From Orbicella franksi (Eukaryota), in assembly GCA_964199315.1 (NCBI GenBank), contig OZ116699.1, positions 32,984,001-33,048,000 of the forward strand: DNA of 64,000 bases, written 5' to 3'. A program made the translations under genes and the position numbers. Of the stretch, positions 44,883 through 64,000 are shown piece after piece; the first letter of the stretch is position 1, and each line of letters opens with the position of its first letter. The notes under the pieces were generated by a model, which made no database searches, had not been told where the DNA came from, and saw only the letters and a program-made list of their open reading frames with translations.

Positions 44883-45244
44883 TAAGTAATTGCTTTTTTT
44901 CAGAATCGCGTTAGGAAACTTAATAGAGACAATCAGGCGTGTGTTTCTTTGGTAAAGCTACCTTAGAAAAAAAAATTATTCGCGACTTGAATGTACTGTT
45001 CCGTTGCGACTCTTGAGCCAAATCAACCAGGGAAAGAATTGATTTCGTTTAGACTTTGATTTTCAATGTAGCACCGTATCTGAGAAAGATGGTTCATTCG
45101 CGCACGCGATGGTTTTAGCTAAGTATGACAAATTCATGTCTGCAACACAAGCCTGACTCCTGATTCTAGGACGGTCCAAGGTCACTCACTCTCATTCTCT
45201 CCTTTCCCCATCATGATATATGAACAATGCTCGAAAAACCTAGC

Positions 45245-45364
45245 CCAATTTCGTCCCAGAGCCCGAGTGGTTTCGGTCAGCGGTGACCAAAAGAATCGCA
45301 GTTCTGGGAACGAGGTTGCTGGCGAACATTTTCCGCGAGTATTCAAATCAACAGGTGTGTTTGA
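45245..45364 (+). mobile_element. Short dispersed repeat, copy 2 (see 5656-5780)
   Basis: It aligns directly to 5656-5780. Confidence 0.8.
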
Positions 45365-46100
45365 AATCAAATGACTATCCGACACCTCTGTTTCCATTTG
45401 CCGTATACAGTAGAACACCTATTAAACGGCCACCCCTGTCGGGCGGCCGGTAATCAAAGTCCCGATGAGGGCTTTTCTGTTACTTCTACCTCTTTCAAAC
45501 GGCCAGCCCCCTTGAAACGGCCACTGTCCATTACCCCGAGGGTGACCCATGTAGCAAGATTCCCGTGAACTTTTGCTGCAAGATATTTCACGAACTCTGA
45601 TAACTTTGTAAAATTCAAACCTTCTCATCCCCCCTGGTATTTGATTTGTTATTATTTTGTTGTTGTTTTGGAAAAAAAGCAAAGTTGTAAATGCCCCATG
45701 GTGGACCTGCTCATTTCATCAAATCCTCACGGTGAAGCTTCGGGAAAACTGAAATTGACCAACCCGTGGGTTGCGGTCAAAATTTTATTTTAATAACTGG
45801 TGGAAGAGATAATTATTCCCAAGTATGTTAATCTTAATTAATACTCTTAATTAACCATTGCTATGGTTTTTGGAAGCAATGCACGTCCCACGTGGAACAA
45901 CACTGTCAGGCTATTCTAGAACCTTATTTACAACAAAGAATTTGGTGGAATCAAAGGATACTGACATATCAAACATGTACATGTCTTTCCTTGTCCTGAA
46001 ATTTGTATGTTTATTTGACGTGCTTCTAAATATAGGCAAACGTCTCTTTTCTCTAATAGGCCATTATTTTTACAGTTGTCTGCTCAGCGACCTGGCCTTT

Positions 46101-46234
46101 GACTGGAGTTGACCTTGTTTTGATACAGACCTCACTGCTTTTGTTGTGTTAATCAAGTTGTTCTTATGCTAACGAGCTGACATTTAAATGAAAAAAGCAG
46201 AGAAGTCTGTATCAAAGTAAGGTCAACTCCAGTC
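46101..46234. mobile_element. Palindromic MITE
   Basis: The inverted arms are gactggagttgacctt...gatacagac and gtctgtatcaaagtaaggtcaactccagtc. Confidence 0.8.
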
Positions 46235-46777
46235 TCGCTTGCATTCATAGGCCAGGTAACTAAGCAAAAACTGTAAAGTGGCCTGTTGTGGATTGCTCAA
46301 TACTGTACAAACCATGTAAGTACACACTTACTCACTTCCAGCGCGGTCGAATACCACACCTAGTCCGGTGGTACATCCTCGTACAGGCCATGGAAGGTAG
46401 GACCCCCCCCCCCCCCCAACGTCCTTTCTCTAGCCTGGTGGGGGACATTTTCCTCCAGAAAGTTAAAATTATCACACACATTCAAAGTTAACCACGAAAG
46501 TAAAAAGGACAGCGGACCCCACGACTAAGTTTTGCTGTTTTTGTTTAATCGTTGGCGTTTGCTGTCCTAAAATTTACAGAATTACCTCCAGAAGTACATT
46601 ACAAGTCTTCGCTATACGTTTTTATAGCTCTTCATTACAGGAAATAGCACCTTTTCCGTCAAAAAAAAAAAAACTTTGTTCCTTCTGAAAATTCAGAACA
46701 TGGCGATTTGTGACAAGTGAACATAACGATACGTTTTTATAAATTAGAAACAGGAACTTCAAGGACGTTTAGAGGTG

Positions 46778-48910
46778 TCAAGCTTTCTCTTCAGGAACAC
46801 TACTGGCCTGGTTGTCTGTTGGCTCAGGGCTAGTACCATTCATAGCACTATGAGGCTGCGTATCAGTTTTCTCGTCTTTCTCAGTCTCTGAATTTTCAGT
46901 GTTCAAATTTTCACCAGCATTTCCATTGACCACGGTCTTGTTTACACCTTTGTTCTTCATCTCTTGGTCCAATTTTTCTTCCGCCAGCTTTGCGGCAAGC
47001 ATCTCTTCGTATTCCTTTGCTAACTGCTTGCAAAATTTCTTGTGTGTTTGCCAATGCAGCTTTTGACATCTGACGCTACAGTAGCCAACCTATTGAGGAA
47101 TTGCATTCACCAGCCAGTTTTTATTGACAAGGACCGAGCAGGGATAAAATTGAGGGCCGGAAAAGACAGAATGCCTTGATGAGCTGATAAATATTTCTGA
47201 CAAATTCCACTTGCTCTAGAGATTGTAGGGCTCATGAGACGAGAATTGTCTGTGATCTTGGACAAGAGACTTTACTTCAATGAAAACTTATATGATGAAG
47301 ACTCCAACAGCGAAGACTTGCTGAAAAATGCTGGAAACCGTTATGAGCCACCTAACTCAATGAAGGGACGGGGGAGGGGAGAACCTTGCGATGGACCAAC
47401 ATCCCATCTAGAGTAGACAAACTCCTAATGAAGCCGGAGATAAGCCCCTGCCTTATGGGACACTAGGCTCAAGCTGACCATAATACATGTACCCAGAAGT
47501 ATAAAATTGCCTCGGGAGGATTCATCAATGGGGCAAAACGATAATTCCTAAGATGTTTTTTTTATTTAAGCGGTCCAAGTAAACCTCAGTCGGAGTAAAC
47601 CGATAACTGGGCGTTTTATTGCCGCTCTTGGAAGCTAAACAAAAGAAGATCACCAGCTGATTATATCTCTCATATTTGTTTTTTTACAATGTTTAAAAAT
47701 AGATTTTGTTTTGTTACGTGTATTAACGAAAGGCCAACAAAGACGACTCCGTGGACACTTTTTAGGGGGATCACTGTCGCGAAACGTCGAACCCGCCGGG
47801 AGAAATGAAAGGCGACTGGATTCGCAGGCAAGGAAATTCTCTAATGGATTATTAACGAAAACAAATCTATTCCCGGCGAAAAAGAGCCTAAATAGGCTAA
47901 CTATGGGTTGCAAACTAAGAGCACTTACCGTTTTACAAGCTGAGCACTTCTTCACATTTCGATTCTCGGTGCAAACCCCACAGCAATCACTAAAATCACC
48001 ACTGGAAAGAAAGTCAAACGACAAAAAAAAAAAGTCTGTTATAGTTATTATTAAATGTTCTTAACGTCGTTTACCTCAACTCCTCAGATATACGTGAATG
48101 AAAATTCCCCGAGGCGGCAGCTCGCCAGAGACTATAGCTACGGGCTTTTGAATGTGTTTCAGGATTGTAATTGGCACTGAAAATCATCCAAAATTGTTGT
48201 CAGTTTACAAATTATTACTATTAAGTACTGTTCAAGACGAGTAAAGTTCTCTGCATGACTGAGTCAAAGTCCGTGAGAAAAAGAATAACACCAAATATCT
48301 GGACACCCCATGATGCTCGAGATACAATGTATCTACTCAGCTCTAATGATTAGTACTTTTTATACAGGTATTTGGAGTTCAGTATCCGTCGACGTCATTT
48401 GATGACATGCCATACCAATCAAATTACTTTTCTTTATCGTTCTATCCTGACTTTAGAAACAACAAAACAAATTGACTAAGCTAAGGGAAAAGTCAAGACT
48501 GCTAACACGAATTAAGCTTAATGTTTTAAAATAGATTATATATAAGTGACCTACCAGCGGAGGCCGTTTATACTCTGAGTGAGTACAGTAAGAGCTGTTG
48601 GTTCACGCCCCTAAGAAAAAACAAATAATCAATCAAGGCTGTTCCAAAAGGAAAGGGCCAATCAAAGAATCAATCAAGGGCCCACGGTGTTCCATTGGGG
48701 GTTGTTTGGTAGATTTGAAAACGCTGAGGTTTTCTGGGGAGTGATGGAGAGTGATGAGGAAGGGAAGAGGTACATTAATGATTTCCTTTTTGGGGGGTTG
48801 GCGGGGGGAGGGATTTCAAAGCCCAGCCTTATACCACCTCCCCTTCTCTCCTTTTATTCAGATCCAGAACGGTGACAAGCAGATCATGTTTTTCCTTTAT
48901 CCATGTTGTA

Positions 48911-48941
<31 letters not shown>

Positions 48942-49233
48942 TATTGTTTTCTTGCTCTACCATCAATTAAAGGGGAAGCAAAGTCCGTTATTTGAAACTT
49001 ACTGTACGAATATTTTAAGATGCTTACTTTTTCAACAGGTGCTATTGTCTGAACCAGCTGTTTGAATATTGTGCATTCGGGATAGTTGAAGTCCCTGATG
49101 GCCTGACGAATAAGATCTTCCATATTTAAGAAAAAGCCATCTGAGGGACGACCTTTTGTTAAACTGCAGAGAAAAAATAAAACATTTTTGGGCTGCATTT
49201 GAGGGACCAAAATATCTGTGTTATATATATATA

Positions 49234-49285
<52 letters not shown>

Positions 49286-52200
49286 TTTAGTGAGGGAATC
49301 CAACTCGCCAAAGGCGGTTTTCAGTGGAGCCCTCCTAAATGAATATCACCTAAAAATGACATAAATGAGAGTTACCTAATAAATTACTACAAGCTAAAAT
49401 AAATAAGAGTAAAAGAGTTCGTATTAGTTAAAAAGTTAAAATTCTAAAGATTGAAATTAGCTAAAATCATTCAAAAAAGTTTTCAGTTTTGCTTTAAAAA
49501 TAGATAAAACACGTGTGTCTTTTAATTCACGCGGGAGTCTGTTCCAGTCCTTCGCTGCTTGATAAATGAACATTTGCTTGCCCCAGTTAGTGCGAGGGAG
49601 GGGCAAACGAAGATCGTTCAATTGTCTCGTATTGTGCGAGTGAACAGCTTGATTTCTAATGAAACTGAAGTCAAAATCTGTTGACCCAATTAAGCACTTA
49701 TGAATTGCGGTGCAACGATGAAAGAATCGCCTTAAAGCAAGTGGCTTGAAATCAAGGCTTTTCAAGGCTTGAGTTGACGAGCTTCGGATTGCAAGGCCCA
49801 ACAGTACTTTAGCAGCATTATTTTGAAGTACCTGCAGTTCTGACATTATGGTGAGATTGTTCTTGTCGCCCCAAACGAGGTCTCCATAATCAAAGAGTGG
49901 TAGGATTAAGGTGTTGTATAGGGTGACCCTGGCTTGAAATGGTAGTAGATTTCTAACTCTCTTGATTAGGCCTATCCTTTGATTAATCTTCTTACAAAGA
50001 CATTCGATGTGATCTGCCCAGGACATAGACTGATGAAGTGTTACGCCCAAATACTGGAATGATTCTGTTCTATCGATTATAGTACCCTTTATTTGAATAG
50101 ATATTTCCTGGATACGTTTCAGTTTGTGTGGACTGCCAAAGATGACAAAGTTGCATTTTGATAAATTAAGAGTCAGGAGATTTCTGGAGAACCATTCTGA
50201 CACTGTCTCTAAGTCAACATTGAGGTGACGTTGAAGATCAGTAAGATCTTTAGATGAGTAGTAAAGTACAGTATCATCAGCATAAAGAACAATATCACTT
50301 GCTAAAGGACAGTTCGGAAGATCATTCACATAAATCAAAAAAAGTAGCGGACCCAGAATACTGCCTTGGGGTACCCCAACGGGCATTTTAGCAGCTAAGA
50401 AGTGAGCATCTCCAACTGCTGTAATTTGTGACCTGTTCGTGAGATAGGATCTAAACCATTGGACAGTAGAGTCGGTAAGGCCAATGTTTATTAGCTTCTG
50501 CAGTAGTAGATGATGGTCTACCGTGTCGAAGGCCTTAGACAGGTCCAGAAATACAGCACCAGTAAACCTACCAGTGTCCATATTCTGGAGAATATTATCT
50601 GTGAAGTGAGCCAAGGCTGTTCCAGTTGATAACTTCGGTCTGAACCCAAACTGTTTGGATGTAATGATCTTATTGTTTGTGAGATAAGCGTATAGTTGGA
50701 TGTGTACAGCTTTTTCAAGTATTTTGCTCACCGTCGGCAGGACTGTTATGGGCCTATAATTGTTTGCATCGCAGCGATCACCTTTCTTGAACTACGCTGA
50801 CACTTTTCCAAATTTCCAGAGAGAAGGAAAGGTGCGAGATTCAAGAGATTGATTAAACAATCTAGTAAGGCTGCCACTAACTACTGAGGCTGAATCTTTC
50901 AAAAGGCGCGCGCTGACGTTGTCGAGTCCGATTTCTTTATTAGTTTTCAGCTGTTTAAGTTGACGGAGAACGAAGTCTTCTGCAATTGGCTCAAGAACAA
51001 ATTTCTGAAGTGAATGGAAGTTTTCCGGAGACTTTGAGAAAAACAAAGAGCTGTAAGACTTGTTTTGATCCATAAGAGCATGCTATAGACCTGAGTAAAT
51101 CCAAATCTACTATAGCAACAAAATCACAAATCGCAACTTCAAAACAACAAACTAAAGGTAACTCACTATTTTATGAAGCCATCAATTCCATCTTTCCCAT
51201 CCAGCCCTTCGTGCCAGCGTGCACACTTTTTTAACGTAAATGCAAGATAGTGTATCTTCATAGCTAGCACTTCATTCATCTCAGATGACTTGATATTTGA
51301 CTCTACTATAAGTTCCATAACTTTCACCAGACTTTTGTAGTTTGTAACAAGTTCTAAGTTGTCCTGTAGATACATTGCTATCTGGTGATCAAGGAAAAGA
51401 GACCTTAGTTAAGATTAATTTTCCTTAAAAAGAAGAAACATGCTGGAGCTTGCTAGGGTAGAGATGGGTGTTTCTCAAGCCAAGGAGCAGAGTATAATAA
51501 TAGGCAACTGACTGTTAACATGTTAATAATTATTATGCAAAGATCAATTTGTATTTTGTGACAAACTTACTGAAAAAATACCATAACTGATAACTGTACA
51601 TGTAGTCCTTCAAAGGACTACATGTGTACACATAATTTAAGGACAATGTGTTAAAGAGAGTGCACAGTGAAAATGGGTTTTTGAGCAGAGGTGAATTATT
51701 ACCTTCACGGGGCTTAATTTTTGACTGACAGCATATTTGTGTAGCATGGGAACCAAGGCTGTAGATAGCTTGGGTTCTTTTTCTAAACCTGTCAGGAAAG
51801 ACATCATTATAAACTTGTTTGAACACTTAAGATGATTTCGGCAGAACATTTGAGCAATAATGACAAAAATTAAGTTACCAAAAAAGCCTCACAGCGTGGT
51901 AATATTTTTACAGCTAAGAAGAACTTATGGAGACTTACACTCTCAAGCTGACCCTATGAGAGTAAATTGAACTTGAAGTTATCCATACTTCAATTAAAAC
52001 AGTAGTTTTGCGTTACTTAAAAACACAATAACACGCTTTAGGCATTCTTACAGGGTTGACATTAACTTTCTTGAGAATGCTTGCCAATTTTAATCACGGG
52101 GTCACTTAGAAAAATGAAGTAAAGTGAGTTGTTTTAAATAGTATTCCAAAAGTTACTGTGCTGTGAGTGGATTTTTAGTAAAAAATATTTGCACTTATTG

Positions 52201-54881
52201 CTCAAACTTTGAGTGGAATCCATCTCAATCACTTAATATTGACTGGTTATTAGATTGGTCCAGATTTCTTGATATGGCCCACTCTCCTGCAGTGTAGCAT
52301 TTTCATTTTGTGATAAATGGTTAGTCTAATGCTGCAGCAGTGTTTTATCACAGCCAAGGGACACATCAGGGACCCTTCTGCTTTTGCAAACTCACTGAGC
52401 ATTGTTTTATTTGAACGAAAGATAAAAAAAACCACTAATGATCGGGTCTGTTCATTCCAGAAGTGAAAATACCCATTCCAACAACCTGCAACAACCTTAA
52501 TATATGTGGATATCAACTCAGTTAATGACTTGCAAAAGGAACTACATTGCACAATAAAAATTCAAATGTAATTATGGTAAAAATCTGTTACAACCTTGAG
52601 GTTTTGTATAATACTCCAAATCCTCCACTGCCAAAAAGTTGTTGATGAGGCTAACACAGTCACTTTGCCCTGCAGGAGTAAAATAAACATAGTCCTGACT
52701 TGTTTTTCTACAAATCTTCTTTCAGTCTCTTGCACAGTATATAGTATAGTACAAATGCATTATATGGTGCTTCATACCATGCCACAGAAAATACAGCCAA
52801 TCAGAATACAGGAAAGTGGTTGTATATTCCACGGTATTACATCCAACCTTTCCATAATGTGCTGCGCATATGTTGCATTGATTGTGTTGGGCACTTTATT
52901 TTCTATGGCATGGTATAAAATAGTTATGCAACACTCTCCACATGGTAATTATCATGGGATATCTCACTTGTCACTTGTATTTTCTAAGTATACACAGTCA
53001 CCTAAAGGCTCGTTTGTATACTGAGAAAATACAAGTGACTCATAGGATATTCCATGGTGTATTACTCCATGGTATTTAAAGCCTTTTCATACCAACAAAA
53101 GCTCCAAGTTGAGCAGCTGTCCGTCCAAGATTGTTCTCTGCATTAACTTTGGCTCCTGCTTCGAGTAATACTCTTGTAGTGTCCACAGATCCTAAATGAA
53201 AAGATCCATAATTTGAACTACATAGCTATAGCCAACATTTTTCTTGAAAATTACATGTACATACATGTACGTTAAAATTATGCAAAAAAAGCATATAAGT
53301 CAAACAGAGAAACTGATTCCTATTCACTCTTTAATAGCAAATTCTATTTGTACACACCTGAGAGACAGGCAAACATAAGTGCTGTGTACTGATATGAAAA
53401 GATATAGAAAGATAGTGTTAAAATTGAAAGATAATAAGTGACAGCCAAGAATTATTAAGGGTACTCATTCACTGAAAATAATTATGCATATATTACAAAA
53501 TAACAGGACAGCTACACACTTACATTCTTTATCAGTATGTTGGTTCAAAATAAGTATAGATTTGTCTACATATAAACATATAATGAGTAGTTGTTCAGAT
53601 ACATATAACATCTTTTTTGGGAGTGGGAGGGACAGGGACAAGGGAGTTTTGAAGTTTTGGAGTCAGTTATGAAGTCAGTGAAGTACATACTAACTGAAAT
53701 ACAGTTGAACCTCCACCACTTGGTATATGCCAGAATTTTTTGTCATGGTAACATGGTGTTCATGCATCATCCCCAGAATGCAATTGTTTGAGCCAACAAG
53801 TAAGTTTCAGTTCAAATCTCAAAATAATTTTGAGTAGCAGTACATGTGTCACAGGGATTTTAAAAAGTTATAATTTTTAACAAATATTTTTGGCAGCATA
53901 GTAAAATTCAACATGATGAAAATTAAGTCAATTGAACGAACTGCCAACATAAGCAGAAACCTTAGTGTGGCACAGTTTGTTCAATACAATTTGTTAGCTT
54001 ACATGCACTTTATACTAAAATAGCTGGAATTGGAAATACTTTTTACCTACCTGGTGTTCATGGTTATTAGAGTTAATATCTGCACCCTGAGCCAGCAGTA
54101 ACTCACACATTTCTGTTTTGCCTTTGTATGCTGCACACATCAAAGGTGTCATTCCATGCTGAACAGTAAGACATTATAAGGATAAAAGTCAGATAAAATT
54201 AGTTAAAGAGATCGAATGATTTCGGCAGAAAGAAAGCTAATAAGATCAATTTAAAAAAATGGCTTTCAGCGAGTTTCCACAATTATTAATACATTATATC
54301 TAATTGACAAAAAAAAAAAAAAAAACTAGAAAAATCTTGCTTTTTCTGATTGAAAAAAGCAAACATTGCCTTAAATAAAATAATAAAAGAAGATAATCAG
54401 GTCACTGGAGCGTAAAGGTTTTTCAAGAACACAATCAAACAATCAATCAATCAACTTTATTTAGAGAGGGTGACACATGACAGTATAAACTGATAAACTA
54501 GTGGCCCTCTGTGCTAAAAATCTACGAGTAATGTCTATGATTGTTTCTAATTACGATTGCTTCAGATCCTGATTCAATCAGTTTCCCGTAGATGTAGCTG
54601 AACAAATAGATTTGCATGAAATGCATTATAGCCGAAAAAAGTATAAACAACAACAAGGAACTAAAGAATAACCTACCTCGTCCAAGCAGTCAACCCTGAC
54701 ATTGCCAGAACTTAAAAGCTTCGTCACTTCCTGATCATTACCTTAAAATACCAAAAAATAAGAAAAAAGGACACGAAATTAATCGAGAAATATTCAGTAA
54801 CCATCAAATAATTTCTTTACCTTTGTTTAAACGAGAAAACAACGATTTCTCGTCTTCTGACAGATCGCCCAGTTTGGCCAT
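46778..54881 (-). CDS. ANKMY2: Ankyrin repeat and MYND domain-containing protein 2 (438 aa, 12 exons)
   Basis: Exons: 54821-54881, 54677-54741, 54051-54158, 53358-53388, 53093-53191, 52595-52669, 51703-51788, 51167-51381, 49028-49163, 48555-48610, 47929-48001, 46778-47089 (1317 nt, GT-AG, in phase). Motifs: [70 protein letters not shown], and MYND C..C...KKCSACK.VGYCS..CQKLHW..HKKFC. Confidence 0.95.
49233..51080 (-). mobile_element. 5'-truncated L2/CR1-group LINE (RT domain plus 3' UTR plus (ATT)n tail) in ANKMY2 intron 8
   Basis: ORFs 50792-51073 and 49457-50731 are in the same frame, separated by one TAG. Motifs: [49 protein letters not shown]. The 3' stem-loop is gagggc...ccctc, and the (ATT)n tail lies at 49233-49286. 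Confidence 0.93.
54440..54530 (-). mobile_element. L2-type 3' end remnant with (TGAT)n tail
   Basis: The minus strand has the stem-loop gagggcc...ccctc, then aataaag and a (ttga)n tail. Confidence 0.45.
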
Positions 54882-54998
54882 TTTGTGTTGATTTTATTTT
54901 CTGACATTGAGAAACTACTTGCGTCATTTATGCATCAATCAAAAGTCGCGAGCTTTGAAGCACGCTGACCATTCATAAACGGCGGCTCAATTATCAAA
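54882..54998. promoter_or_regulatory. Probable bidirectional promoter / shared 5' region of ANKMY2 and PRMT3
   Basis: Only 117 bp separates the two divergent ATGs, and both are preceded by caaa. Confidence 0.75.
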
Positions 54999-63573
<8,575 letters not shown>

Positions 63574-64000
63574 GTAAGTAAGCTCAGGTTTTGCTTTTTA
63601 CATTTTAAAACAGCCCCTTGAAAAGATCTACTGCATTTATTGTGTTCTTCTACAAGTAAATCACCATAACGTTGTTAGAAGATGAAACATGTTCAATCGA
63701 CAGTGTACTTTATTCTTTGTTGATTAATTGAACGCTCAGCCTTAGTTGTTACCAATAGATAGCAGTTGTTTATTAACTTGATTTAGTGTTTTAATATATT
63801 AACGAAGATAAAGACAGTCGTTCAGGAGCTTCGCCGTTAAGTACTTGGTCTTATTCGGAACCTGTTGTCAATGTTGGCGGCCATTTTCCACCCGAATTGA
63901 ACAATCGCAGAAGCGCGCTCGAGATCAAATGTATTGACCAGCATTGTGGACTGCTTGGTAATTAACACGGAATATTTGCTCTATTCGGTCTGTTTCTCTC

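Overview
This is eukaryotic, intron-rich, AT-rich genomic DNA. It is most likely a cnidarian or stony-coral-type genome, inferred from gene structure and repeat style. There are three host genes. (1) A 17-coding-exon minus-strand gene (18605-36691, 1189 aa as I splice it) encodes a TRPC-like 6-TM cation channel with an unusual layout: no recognisable ankyrin array, a von Willebrand A domain inserted just before S1, and a C-terminal SPRY domain plus coiled coil. (2) A complete 12-exon ANKMY2 lies at 46778-54881 (minus). (3) A head-to-head PRMT3 starts at 54999 (plus) and runs off the window end. The rest is mobile and repetitive DNA. It includes a 78-bp minisatellite with a 312-bp higher-order period and a decayed DIRS-type retrotransposon (gag, RT, RNase H, MT, YR). 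The YR of that element is split by an unidentified 2.8-kb insert with direct repeats and introns. Also present are a near-intact 5'-truncated L2/CR1-type LINE in an ANKMY2 intron, a Penelope fragment, tRNA-SINE remnants and many MITEs, several with readable TIRs and TSDs. All exon models were built by hand from GT-AG sites and phase consistency. No database search was run.
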